Shown: piece after piece, positions 38,012-47,790 of the stretch
Layout: every line of letters starts with the position of its first letter
How positions within the stretch are numbered: position 1 is the stretch's first letter
Assembly (NCBI GenBank): GCA_947461175.1
Contig: CANHIY010000001.1
Location: 1,923 to 65,922 of the forward strand
Origin: Bacteriovoracaceae bacterium
GTDB taxonomy: Bacteria > Bdellovibrionota > Bacteriovoracia > Bacteriovoracales > Bacteriovoracaceae
DNA: 64,000 nt
Reading direction: 5' to 3'
Position numbers and translations under genes: made by a program
The notes under the pieces: generated by a model
Seen by the model: the letters and a program-made list of their open reading frames with translations, nothing else
Database searches by the model: none
What the model was told of the DNA's origin: nothing

Positions 38012-38143
38012 AGAACCTCCAAAAATTTAAATGGTCTCAAAAATGAGAGTCTTAAATCTTTTTCGGCTCAAAACAGAAAAAACTTGAGCTAAAAAATCAG
38101 CCTAATCCATGGTTTATCAATGAATTCAAGAGATTATATTTTT

Positions 38144-40231
38144 TCACAAGCTTAATTCTGAGTACTTACAACTCTTCCAATCCAACCAAGGAAGGGTTTT
38201 AGGCACATGATACTCTCGGTTGACTCCAGGGAGAGAAAGCCAAATTCTGGTCTCTTTACCTAACTCTACTATCATTCTCATGGAAGCACCTGAGCTTTGC
38301 TGATAAGTGCCCAACTCCTCATTCCAGCTTGCAGTCCCTGGATCAACAGAGTGAGTATCTCCAACTCCAGCTATCTCCGGAGAAAATTTCCAATCAGGAT
38401 TTCCTGACATATGAGGAAAATTTAACTTATGAATTGTCCCCCAATCTCTTCCCTTAATCTCTGAGATGAGTTTAGATTTTAGTTCCATTAAGTTCTTTTT
38501 TTGTTCATGACTCAAATCATCCAATAACCTATAAAGTCCATTCTCATTGACCTCCCACTCTTCCATCATAAGATCCATGAGACGACGGTAGTAAGGGAGA
38601 GATCTTGATGAATCCTCTGCTATCATGTTGGAGTTGCTAAATTCAGGAAGATCTAGGTATTTTTTTATTTTAGGGAGGAAAAATTTTGCGTCCACAACTC
38701 GCCGATCGCACTGAATCTTTTTAAAACTCTCCACATCCTGCTCCTCCTTTAAAAGCTCATCGATCCTAAATCCCCGGTAGGATTGGCTATAGCCCCTCCC
38801 TCCATAAAATTTTGAATCCAAAGGCCAGTGACGGTTATTGGCCGTATAGATGTATCCACGGCTTGGGTTTAACAAATGTGGCCGGTACTCTTTTTCTAAA
38901 TAGCGAGGATTCGTAAATTCCTCACGGGTCATGACAGGAATTCCTGGAGAGGTCTTGTTCACTTCTTTAAACGTTTTTCCGACAAGCCTGTAACCAATAT
39001 CTCCATGAATATCTGAAAAAACAAAATTCCATGAAGGTAACCCTATGCTTGAAAGAAATTGATCCATCTCTTTCACATGACTAACTTTAAAAATATCAAG
39101 CATGGGAGAAATTTCATGAGGATCAAGATGAAAACCACTCCACCTTAAGACAAGCTTATGAGGACTCTTGACCTCTAAAGGTAAAATTTTGTGACCGGAT
39201 TTTAACTTTTCAAAACTTTTAAAGAAAAAGGGGATTTTAAATTTCCACCACTTTACATAAACCACAGGCCTAAAGGTCTCTATTTCACTGGATTTAAGAT
39301 CACTGACAAAAATTGCATCTGCGGAATTAAGATAGGAATTGGTGAGACCCCAGGCCACCTTACCATTTGTTCCACTTACAATAATCGGCACTCCAGGTAA
39401 TGTGGCGCCTATGACTTTAAAGTCAGGGGACTTTAGAGAAATCCAGTACCAAAAAAGAGGTGTCTTCAAATCTAAATGAGGATCATTGGCCAGGAGGGAG
39501 TAACCATTTTTAGATTTACTTTTACTTACGACCCAGTTGTTTGATCCACTCTCCAATCCAAAAACAGAGGGAAAATTGGCCCATAATCGGGTCCTTGAGG
39601 AGTGATGGTAGGAAGTGGTTTTAACAACCTCTGGTTTCTTTTCATACTCACCATCTTTCAGGATAGTGTTCTCCCAAGGCAAATGATCTTCTTCAAACAA
39701 AATGGCTGCCCTCTTCCCCCATTTCTCTTTTTGCCTCTCCTCCTCATAATCTTTAAAAAATGTTCTTCTGGTTTGGTCAAAGGATTGTAACAAGAGGATC
39801 ATAACAGTGTGCGAAGGTAACCACTTCTCTGGTGTATAATCTGAATCAATAAACTCCTTGGATTTTTTCCCCCTTTGAAAGCCTTTGTTAACACCAAGGG
39901 CATAAGACTCAAGCCACTCCTTGGAGGTTAGTGGAAATTTTGACCAGAGTTTTTCAGCCTCTGAGGGTAAATCCAGGAGTCTCATCATGAGGTCTGACTT
40001 TAAGTGAGAAAACCCTAGGACTTCTGCGTTCCTCCCCATGGCAACCCGTCGAAAATAATCCATCTGCCAGGCCCTGTCCTCCCCATGATGAAGTCCTATG
40101 CAATAATAAAAATCCTTGATTGATTGAACCTCAACATGGGGAATGTCCAATTGATCATAACTTGTCTGGCAATTTGGTTTTCCTTTCGAAAAGGAGACAA
40201 GCGAGAAAAAAAGTAAAAAAATGTTAAGCAT
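38144..40231 (-). CDS. Penicillin acylase family Ntn-hydrolase
   Basis: Signal peptide, DRAWQMD..RR, GSNNW (N-terminal nucleophile Ser), LANDPHL, WGLTN, TANN. Confidence 0.9.
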   Translation of the reverse strand: MLNIFLLFFSLVSFSKGKPNCQTSYDQLDIPHVEVQSIKDFYYCIGLHHGEDRAWQMDYFRRVAMGRNAEVLGFSHLKSDLMMRLLDLPSEAEKLWSKFPLTSKEWLESYALGVNKGFQRGKKSKEFIDSDYTPEKWLPSHTVMILLLQSFDQTRRTFFKDYEEERQKEKWGKRAAILFEEDHLPWENTILKDGEYEKKPEVVKTTSYHHSSRTRLWANFPSVFGLESGSNNWVVSKSKSKNGYSLLANDPHLDLKTPLFWYWISLKSPDFKVIGATLPGVPIIVSGTNGKVAWGLTNSYLNSADAIFVSDLKSSEIETFRPVVYVKWWKFKIPFFFKSFEKLKSGHKILPLEVKSPHKLVLRWSGFHLDPHEISPMLDIFKVSHVKEMDQFLSSIGLPSWNFVFSDIHGDIGYRLVGKTFKEVNKTSPGIPVMTREEFTNPRYLEKEYRPHLLNPSRGYIYTANNRHWPLDSKFYGGRGYSQSYRGFRIDELLKEEQDVESFKKIQCDRRVVDAKFFLPKIKKYLDLPEFSNSNMIAEDSSRSLPYYRRLMDLMMEEWEVNENGLYRLLDDLSHEQKKNLMELKSKLISEIKGRDWGTIHKLNFPHMSGNPDWKFSPEIAGVGDTHSVDPGTASWNEELGTYQQSSGASMRMIVELGKETRIWLSLPGVNREYHVPKTLPWLDWKSCKYSELSL

Positions 40232-40384
40232 GTAATGGCCTTAAAAATTTATTCGATTTCAAAAGAATATATCCAGAAAGTTCATCAGAAGGAAGATTTC
40301 AATAAGAAGATCAAACCAGTCAAGAACCAAGACCGGCAAGATTTGAAACTTTCCTTCCCTTCCATCTTAAGGGACACTTGAATA

Positions 40385-40627
40385 ATGAAATCATTTTATT
40401 TAAACATGCTTCTCTTAAATCTTCTCTTTGGCTGTGCTCATAAGAAAAATGAGGAGGAATTGGTTTCTGTTTCAGTTGCCCTTGATCAAGCCCAGGCTTC
40501 CTACCTCAGAGGTTGTGTTGATGCTTTAAAAAGTATGGGTGTACCCAGTGCTTTCCCCGGTTGTAAGAATTTATCCAGCATCCATAGAAAGGAAATTGAA
40601 AGCATCATGAACATTGTTATAGAATAA
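40385..40627 (+). CDS. Small lipoprotein
   Basis: Lipobox LFGC. Confidence 0.6.
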   Translation: MKSFYLNMLLLNLLFGCAHKKNEEELVSVSVALDQAQASYLRGCVDALKSMGVPSAFPGCKNLSSIHRKEIESIMNIVIE

Positions 40628-40651
40628 GATATCTGAAATGAGGAGAAAGAC

Positions 40652-41113
40652 ATGAGAACTTTTAATCAATGGATGGATGAGTATGGTGTCAGTCATAAAA
40701 ATCCAACAAATCAATTAGTTCATAAAATTTGTGTCCCTTTGATTATGCTAACCGTGATCGGTTTTTTATGGGCCATACCTAGACCAGATATTTTTCAAAT
40801 GATTCCCTTTATTAATTGGGCAACCCTCTTTGTAGCTGGCTGTCTTGTTTTTTATTTCTCATTAAATGTTGTGATGTTTATTGGAATGCTTATTCAGACC
40901 ACCATCATGTGTGTCATTATTCAATACATTCAGACCACTGGATACTTATTACAGTTTAGTTTAATTGTCTTCATCCTCGCCTGGATTGCACAATTTTGGG
41001 GACACAAAATTGAAGGGAAAAAGCCATCTTTTCTTCAGGATATTATCTTCCTTCTTATTGGACCTCTTTGGGTCACAAGATTTTTGTATAAAAAATTAGG
41101 AATAAATATTTAA
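40652..41113 (+). CDS. DUF962/Mpo1-like membrane protein
   Basis: YGVSHKNPTNQLVHKICVP, QFWGHKIEGKKPSF. Confidence 0.88.
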   Translation: MRTFNQWMDEYGVSHKNPTNQLVHKICVPLIMLTVIGFLWAIPRPDIFQMIPFINWATLFVAGCLVFYFSLNVVMFIGMLIQTTIMCVIIQYIQTTGYLLQFSLIVFILAWIAQFWGHKIEGKKPSFLQDIIFLLIGPLWVTRFLYKKLGINI

Positions 41114-41132
41114 TCTACCTATTGGTAACAGC

Positions 41133-42326
41133 TTACTTTAAGAGTGCCAGTGCCTTATTTATCCTTTCAACGGCCTTTCTAATGTTTTCTTCAGAAGTGG
41201 CATAACTTAATCTTATGTACTCAGGGGCCCCAAAAGCACCTCCGGGAGTCAGGGCCACATGCCCTACATTGAGAAGATACATACAGAGGTCTTTGGCATC
41301 CTTTATGACCACATCGCCATACTTTTTACCAAAATAATGTGAAACCTCTGGAAACAAGTAAAAGGCCCCTCCAGGATGATTCAAGTGAACATGAGGTATT
41401 TCTTTAAAAAGTGTTATCAAAAGGTCTCTTCTCTTTTTAAAAGCCTGCTGCATTTCTTTAATACAAATGGGATCGGCTTCAACAGCAGCAATGGCCGCAC
41501 GTTGTGAGATGGAGCTTGCTCCAGAAGTAAACTGCCCCTGAATTTTTACACAGGCCTTGGCAATTTCTAAAGGTGCACCAAGATAACCCAAACGCCAACC
41601 AGTCATGGCAAAATTTTTAGAAAGACCATTTACCGTAACAGTTCTTTCAGACAATTCAGGTATGGAACCAATTGAGAACATTTTTTCTTCAAATGTTATG
41701 TGCTCATATATTTCATCTGACAAAATAAGAACTTGTGGATGCTTTTTAAAAACCTCACCTAAAGCACGCAGCTCGTCCTCGCTATACATGGAGCCCGTCG
41801 GATTACTGGGGTTTGAAAAGAGAAACATTTTTGTTCTTGAGGTTATGGCGCCCTCAAGTTGAGAAGGAGTGATTTTAAAATCAGTTTTATAATCAGTATT
41901 GATCTGTGTAACGACTCCCTCATTGAGTTGAATCATTTCAGAGTAGCTCACCCAGTAAGGTGCCGGAAGAATCACTTCATCCCCTGGATTAATGGTGGCC
42001 ATGATGACATTAATAATGGATTGCTTAGCACCAGTGGAAACAACGATCTGAGAGGGAGCATAATTTAAATGATTGTCTCGCTTGAACTTTCTCGATATCG
42101 CTTCAAGCAACTCTTTGTAACCCGGAACTGGTGTGTAATAAGAAAAGTTTTTATCTATCGCATCCTTTGCCGCAGTTTTAATAAAGTCAGGAGTCGCAAA
42201 ATCTGGCTCACCTAAACTCATGTTGATGACATTAACACCCTTCTCTTTTAATTCATTTCCAAGCCTTGCCATTGCAAGAGTTTCTGATTCACTTAATTTT
42301 TGAACTCTTTGAGAAAGGAAATTCAT
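41133..42326 (-). CDS. aspC: Class I PLP aminotransferase (aspartate aminotransferase)
   Basis: GEPDF, NPSNPTG, SDEIY, SKNFAMTGWRLG, RLSYA. Confidence 0.9.
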   Translation of the reverse strand: MNFLSQRVQKLSESETLAMARLGNELKEKGVNVINMSLGEPDFATPDFIKTAAKDAIDKNFSYYTPVPGYKELLEAISRKFKRDNHLNYAPSQIVVSTGAKQSIINVIMATINPGDEVILPAPYWVSYSEMIQLNEGVVTQINTDYKTDFKITPSQLEGAITSRTKMFLFSNPSNPTGSMYSEDELRALGEVFKKHPQVLILSDEIYEHITFEEKMFSIGSIPELSERTVTVNGLSKNFAMTGWRLGYLGAPLEIAKACVKIQGQFTSGASSISQRAAIAAVEADPICIKEMQQAFKKRRDLLITLFKEIPHVHLNHPGGAFYLFPEVSHYFGKKYGDVVIKDAKDLCMYLLNVGHVALTPGGAFGAPEYIRLSYATSEENIRKAVERINKALALLK

Positions 42327-42410
42327 AATGATTGTGTCCTAAATGTATAATTTTGATAAAAAAATTGTAGCAGATAGTCACTTTCTTTTGGAATGTATTT
42401 TTATCTTTAG

Positions 42411-43271
42411 TTAATCAAGGGTCACCTTGACGGGACAGTGGTCAGAGACTGACTTAAAGCTTAAACCAAGTTCTTCCAAGGTAGCAGGCCTACATTCAAG
42501 TTGAGCACAATGAGTAAGAGACTTCACAGATTGAACTTTTGTAAGATTTTTATCCTGAATCACAATGTGATCCAGAATGGAGGGTATAAAGTCGTTTCCA
42601 GCAGGTAATCCTGTCCAGTAATTTGTGCAGTTTAATTGTTCCGAAGTTGTCGTCATCCCGAGTACCTTCAGCATGCCATAAAATTGTCTAAAATCTTCAT
42701 CTTTTGAAAGATGGCCTGTGGTATTGAAATCACCCAAAAGAATGACCTGGTGATTCTGAAACGTTTCAGTCAGCTTTTGGATTTTTTTGTATTGCTGCCA
42801 TCTTTGCTCCATCGCCGAAGCCGATGACCCAGCCTTTAAATGAACTACGCCAAATGTGTATTTATCACCAGTCATTTTTAATTTTAGAGTAACAAAGAGG
42901 GCCGGTCTTAAATTTGAGCATTTTCCTTCACTGCCAGAGAGGTCAAGTGCCTCAGAATGCGTGAGATATTCAAATTTTTTTGTATCATAAACGAGTGCCA
43001 GATGCTGTTTTCCAAAACCTCCACAGTTCGAAATAACATTCAGATGATCAGGGAGATTTTTTTTCATCAATTCAACAAAGGCACTTTTGTTAACCACTTC
43101 TTGAAATGCCATCACATCACTTTTAACCTCTTTAATGATGCGAGATAATTCATGAATGTTTGTTGCACCTGAGGAATAATCTTTATCAAAGTTTCTAATA
43201 TTGTAAGTTGAAACAGTCCACTTAGACCATGCAGGAAGACCAAAAATCAAAAAGAGCATAAGAAACTTCAT
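42411..43271 (-). CDS. Secreted endonuclease/exonuclease/phosphatase (EEP) family protein
   Basis: Signal peptide, TYNI, FQEV, VHLKA, GDFN, LDHI, SDHCPV. Confidence 0.88.
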   Translation of the reverse strand: MKFLMLFLIFGLPAWSKWTVSTYNIRNFDKDYSSGATNIHELSRIIKEVKSDVMAFQEVVNKSAFVELMKKNLPDHLNVISNCGGFGKQHLALVYDTKKFEYLTHSEALDLSGSEGKCSNLRPALFVTLKLKMTGDKYTFGVVHLKAGSSASAMEQRWQQYKKIQKLTETFQNHQVILLGDFNTTGHLSKDEDFRQFYGMLKVLGMTTTSEQLNCTNYWTGLPAGNDFIPSILDHIVIQDKNLTKVQSVKSLTHCAQLECRPATLEELGLSFKSVSDHCPVKVTLD

Positions 43272-43365
43272 TTGCACATCCATGTCAAAAAGTTCATGCA
43301 CTTAAATTGAATCTTGTCTCACACTCCTTTGGCAATCATTATTTATATTTTATGAACACAGGTAC

Positions 43366-43800
43366 CTATGAAGGCTTAAATTCCTTTTGGATCTTAAAAA
43401 TCCTTTCACCTGCAAAATTGGGATTAATCTTTGCCTCATGGAACCAGTGCATTTGAAGCCAGGGAGGATTTTTAAAATTTGGATCATCTTCATATCGAGG
43501 AAAGAAATGCCAATGAATATGATCCACCACATTTCCCAAACTACACATGTTCATTTTCTTTGGTTGGAAAACTTTTTGAATAACGTCATGAGATTTCATC
43601 ATTTCCTGAAAAAATTCACCTCTTATTTCTTCGGGGATGTCAGTCATTTCACGATAATGTCCTTTTGTCACAAGTACTGAGTAGCCCTTGTAATATTGAT
43701 GATCACCCAAGTAAAGGTAGCTGTGTTTAAACTCATGAATAAGGTAAGGGGAATTATTATTTAAGCTCTGCTGGTTCTTTTCACACAATGGACAACTCAT
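43366..43800 (-). CDS. HIT family hydrolase
   Basis: CPLC, LGNVVDHIHWHFFPR. Confidence 0.88.
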   Translation of the reverse strand: MSCPLCEKNQQSLNNNSPYLIHEFKHSYLYLGDHQYYKGYSVLVTKGHYREMTDIPEEIRGEFFQEMMKSHDVIQKVFQPKKMNMCSLGNVVDHIHWHFFPRYEDDPNFKNPPWLQMHWFHEAKINPNFAGERIFKIQKEFKPS

Positions 43801-43809
43801 GGTTTCTCC

Positions 43810-44406
43810 TCAGTACAGAATTTTATTATGCATCCAACCCGTTAAACTTCTTCTTTCTTTCCTGGAGGATTTGACCTCGTGGGGAAATTCATCACTCAAG
43901 AAGCAAAGAAATGCCCCAGGAAGTGGTGCAAAGGAGTTTAACTCCACCCCACTCTTATCATAGATCACTATCTCTCCTCCATCAGAAGCATCCCAATTTT
44001 CATTGAGATAAAACACAAAGGAAACTTTACGGGATGAATCTTTTTCAAATCTATCAAGATGCTTGTGATAAAAAGTTCCCTGGGGATAGTAAGCCAGGTG
44101 ACACTCAAATTCTTTAATTCCAAAGAAGAAACTCTTATTTAGCTCATGACTTAAATTTGATAAAAAATTAAAAATTTCATCGAAAGGAGAAAGTGATTTC
44201 AATGGGTTTAACCAGTAGGTATAATCTCCTCTGATGGATTCAATCCTTTGAAGGGAGTTTTTCATTCCAATCCGTGCAGGTTGGAATTCTTGTCGGTGTT
44301 CATCAAAAAAAAGATTTAATTTCGTGATTTGAATTTTCTCTAAAAGTTGAGGATCGTAGAAGTATCCAGTTATTTCTAAGTCCTTGAGAATCTTTTCAAA
44401 CATCAT
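43810..44406 (-). CDS. 2OG-Fe(II) oxygenase (prolyl-hydroxylase-like)
   Basis: RGDYTYW, YHKHLD, FYLN, DGGE, PHEV, RRSLTGW. Confidence 0.88.
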   Translation of the reverse strand: MMFEKILKDLEITGYFYDPQLLEKIQITKLNLFFDEHRQEFQPARIGMKNSLQRIESIRGDYTYWLNPLKSLSPFDEIFNFLSNLSHELNKSFFFGIKEFECHLAYYPQGTFYHKHLDRFEKDSSRKVSFVFYLNENWDASDGGEIVIYDKSGVELNSFAPLPGAFLCFLSDEFPHEVKSSRKERRSLTGWMHNKILY

Positions 44407-44426
44407 TTGACCTTATTGAAAATGAC

Positions 44427-45752
44427 CTATGAAAGGTTAAAAGAAAGTTCTTTGAATTTACGATGTAACACCACACCAAGCATCAAGGCCACCACTGCCA
44501 AAGAAATTGCAAGCCCAATCCAAAAGCCCTGTGCCTCAAGGCCAGTGTAAAAACCAAGAAAATAACCTAAGGGAATCCCTATAATCCAGTAACCAATAAA
44601 AATAGAGATAAAAGCTGGTCTGGTAACAGAAAGTCCTCTTAATATGCCCGCAATCGTTACTTGTGCCCCGTCAAATAGTTGAAAGCAAGCAACCCAAAAT
44701 AAAAGTTTTTTTGCCCAGTTTAAAACCAATACATCATGAGTATATAAAGAGAGTATCCAATCAGGGACAAAGTAAAAAATGGACCCAGTAAGAAGTGTAA
44801 AGACAAAAGAGGTCCATAAGCTCAGCTGGGAAAAGATTTTAATCACCTTTTTATTTTTTTCACCATAAGCATGGCCCACTTTAACGGCAACTGCAGCTGA
44901 TATAGATAATGGAACCATAAAGGCGAGGGATCCAATATTTAACGCCAAATTGTTGGCGGCAGTTTGAATTTCCTCAAATTTACCTACAAAAAGAGTAACA
45001 GAACAAAACGCCATAATTTCAAAAAACAGAGACACAGATATGGGTAATCCTAAAGACCACAGCTCTCTCATGAATGACCAGTCAATTTTGAGTGGACTTT
45101 TCCACCACTTCATCGCTACAAAAAATAAACCACTCCCCATTAATCCCCGAACGATGAGACTTGCCCAGGCAAGTCCACTTTCTCTTAGCTCTGGCATTCC
45201 GAATTCCCCAAAAACTAAAAGATAATTAAGTCCAACATTAAAAAGAGCCAGGACTAAAGCAATCGAATTAGCGGCAAGAGTTTTTTCAAAGGATTGAAAA
45301 AATTCTTTCATCCCCTGATAAAGGCATAACCCAAAGGAAGAAAAACTCGTAATAATGAGGTATTCCTCAATGAGAGTATTCATCTTTACACCATAGCCCA
45401 GAAGCGGAACTATTTTGAAACTTAAAAAAGTAAGAACGCAAGAGACCAGTGAAATAAAAAAACTGTATAAAGTCACAGTCCAGAAATAAGTATCGAGCTT
45501 TTCTCCATTCCCTCTTTTTTGAGCAAGCAAAGGAGAAATTGAAAATTGAAGTCCTAAAAGAGAAATTTGAATAGGGTTAGCAATGGAAATGGCCAATCCT
45601 ATGGCGGCAAGACACTCTCTAGAATATCTTCCCGCAATAATCATGTCCCCAGTGCCAATAAGCATAAGACCAATTTGCCCTATAATTATGGGGAGAGAAA
45701 ATTTTAGAAGTTCTTTAAGTGCACTAACTTTAGTTAAGGTCGTTCTATTCAA
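44427..45752 (-). CDS. MATE family efflux transporter (NorM-like)
   Basis: 12 TMs, GLPIS..LFFE, FQLFDGAQV...GILRG. Confidence 0.92.
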   Translation of the reverse strand: MNRTTLTKVSALKELLKFSLPIIIGQIGLMLIGTGDMIIAGRYSRECLAAIGLAISIANPIQISLLGLQFSISPLLAQKRGNGEKLDTYFWTVTLYSFFISLVSCVLTFLSFKIVPLLGYGVKMNTLIEEYLIITSFSSFGLCLYQGMKEFFQSFEKTLAANSIALVLALFNVGLNYLLVFGEFGMPELRESGLAWASLIVRGLMGSGLFFVAMKWWKSPLKIDWSFMRELWSLGLPISVSLFFEIMAFCSVTLFVGKFEEIQTAANNLALNIGSLAFMVPLSISAAVAVKVGHAYGEKNKKVIKIFSQLSLWTSFVFTLLTGSIFYFVPDWILSLYTHDVLVLNWAKKLLFWVACFQLFDGAQVTIAGILRGLSVTRPAFISIFIGYWIIGIPLGYFLGFYTGLEAQGFWIGLAISLAVVALMLGVVLHRKFKELSFNLS

Positions 45753-46288
45753 TCTAATGTCCGTTCCATGATAAATTGATCAAATTCTTCCTGATAAGAG
45801 ATTAAGCGGGTATCCTTGATTCGGTCAATATAGAGAATTCCATCAAGGTGATCAAGCTCATGTTGGATCACTGTCGCTAAGAATCCTTCGGCGATGAGTT
45901 CTTTTTCCTGGCCTTTGTAATCAAGATAATTCACTCTGATTTTTTTAGGTCTTTCAACAAATCCACGAAGTCCTGGAACAGACAAACACCCCTCCCAAAA
46001 ACCTTGTTTTTCCTCTGTTAAAAAAGTGATCTTTGGGTTCACAAAAACAGTCATAGGGAAATTGATATCTTCCCCATATCTGTTAAATCCTATCAATTCT
46101 ATAATCGCAACCTGATAATCCACTCCAATCTGTGGAGCAGCGATTCCGATCCCACCATAGTGCTTCATTGAATCTTTGAGATCCAGAATTAACTGACTAA
46201 AAGAATCCGAAAAAATCAGTTCATGAGGGGTTAACTGGGCCCTCTTTCTAAGAACAGGGTGACCCATCCGACAAATCGCTTTAATCAT
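45749..46288 (-). CDS. def: Peptide deformylase
   Basis: GIGIAAPQIG, EGCLSVPG, QHELDHLDG. Confidence 0.96.
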   Translation of the reverse strand: MIKAICRMGHPVLRKRAQLTPHELIFSDSFSQLILDLKDSMKHYGGIGIAAPQIGVDYQVAIIELIGFNRYGEDINFPMTVFVNPKITFLTEEKQGFWEGCLSVPGLRGFVERPKKIRVNYLDYKGQEKELIAEGFLATVIQHELDHLDGILYIDRIKDTRLISYQEEFDQFIMERTLD

Positions 46289-46366
46289 GCATACCCTCCT
46301 CGAATTTTGCGTTCATGGTTCCTTTTGGTTCAGCCGATAATAATTTCATAAAAAGAGAACCCCTTT

Positions 46367-47113
46367 ATGCCCATTTCATCCTGCAGAATCTTTCTTTTTT
46401 TCATTTTAAATCTTATCACCCCTTTCACTGCGTCTGCAAAGACCGTTGAGCAACAAAAACCTGACTTCCCAATAAAATCTCAGGAAATTTATAGTGGCGA
46501 GATACACTTCTATTTTAGTACCTTCAATCCCAAAGAGATAACGGGTAAGCAAAGTGAATTATTGAAACTAGACTCAATAGGGATAACCAAGATCGCTGAT
46601 ACTCAAATCGAAGTGGCCAAGGCCATTTATGTGGTAAATCTGCCGGTAGGATTTTTTGATGATAAAGAATTAACAGGATTTAAATTTTTATCTTATTTAA
46701 TGAAACCAGATAAATTAAAAGATAAAGGAAACGGTCTATTTGAGGTGTTTCACCATGGAAAAAACAGTTATTCCTATGAAATGAGATCTTTTTTTGATGC
46801 CGACGATATCAGCACTCTTCCAAGCTCAAAAATCAGCAGATCAGTGTTGGCCGCAAAAGAGCTCGATGTCATTTCAAAAAGTGCCTCAACTATAATGGTT
46901 ACGGAAAAAACAAAATTCTCAAACTCCTGGCCTGGCTCTGTGGTCGTGACTTCTTTTATTCCCATAAAGGAGAATAAAACCCTGGTTGTGTCCTATCATT
47001 TAACAGGAAGGAAAAAAAATTCAGAATCAAATGAAAAGCTTAAAGAAGACTTTATAAAAGAAATCGAAAGAACCCAAAATTCACAAAACACTTTTATCAT
47101 ACCTCAGGATTGA
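46367..47113 (+). CDS. Hypothetical secreted protein
   Basis: Signal peptide ending ASA; 248-aa ORF; upstream GCCGATAA. Confidence 0.65.
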   Translation: MPISSCRIFLFFILNLITPFTASAKTVEQQKPDFPIKSQEIYSGEIHFYFSTFNPKEITGKQSELLKLDSIGITKIADTQIEVAKAIYVVNLPVGFFDDKELTGFKFLSYLMKPDKLKDKGNGLFEVFHHGKNSYSYEMRSFFDADDISTLPSSKISRSVLAAKELDVISKSASTIMVTEKTKFSNSWPGSVVVTSFIPIKENKTLVVSYHLTGRKKNSESNEKLKEDFIKEIERTQNSQNTFIIPQD

Positions 47114-47185
47114 TTAAACATTGGACATGTGTTGACAGATTCTTAAAAGCCAACATGTTAACTTATCGAAACTTCTCACCTCGTC

Positions 47186-47202
47186 TTGGCACTCACCTTG
47201 TA
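47186..47202 (+). promoter_or_regulatory. Candidate sigma-54 (-24/-12) promoter
   Basis: TTGGCACTCACCTTGTA versus consensus YTGGCACGNNNNTTGCW, with GG-N10 spacing retained. Confidence 0.45.
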
Positions 47203-47232
47203 AATACCTGGACTACGAGATGGGAGAAAAAG

Positions 47233-47622
47233 ATGAAAACTAAAACACTTTCACTATCAACAATACTTGGATTTCTGGGACTATTAATTATTATTCATTC
47301 TATGAAGGCTCATAGTGAAACACCAAAAATCAGTTGTTCAACGGCCTTTGGCGCGAAAAAATTTACTATTCATGAAAGTCACATCTCCTTTGACAAGGAA
47401 GACCCCTCTGGAGTGAACAGGTCCATATCCTCAATTGAGAACAGCTCAATACGGACCCAAAAAGAACACACTGGTTTTAGCAAAACCCTATATATAGAAG
47501 GAAACAAGTACTTCATAAGAATTCAAAATATTAGCCAACTCTCTGAAATAAATGATTATCTTTCCATCACCAGTTCAAGAGGACATGTGATGACTTACCC
47601 ACTCACCTGCCAATCAGTTTAA
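47233..47622 (+). CDS. Hypothetical secreted protein
   Basis: GGGAG RBS, signal peptide ending AHS, Cys pair near both ends; start revised from 47110. Confidence 0.65.
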   Translation: MKTKTLSLSTILGFLGLLIIIHSMKAHSETPKISCSTAFGAKKFTIHESHISFDKEDPSGVNRSISSIENSSIRTQKEHTGFSKTLYIEGNKYFIRIQNISQLSEINDYLSITSSRGHVMTYPLTCQSV

Positions 47623-47630
47623 AAAGGCCT

Positions 47631-47683
47631 GAAACTTCAACAAGAACTAGAGGCGATAGACCTCTAGTTCTTGTTGAAATTTC
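47631..47683. terminator. Long inverted repeat / probable terminator
   Basis: TTCAACAAGAACTAGAGG-CGATAGA-CCTCTAGTTCTTGTTGAA perfect 18-bp stem (47636-47678), extendable past one mismatch. Confidence 0.65.
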
Positions 47684-47790
47684 CATAAATGACTGATTTT
47701 TTTATCGTAACCTAAATTCACTTCTCAGTTGAGGCTTATGTTAAATTAAGGGATTGCCAAAGCTTTTTGCATCGGGATATTTTCCCTGGA

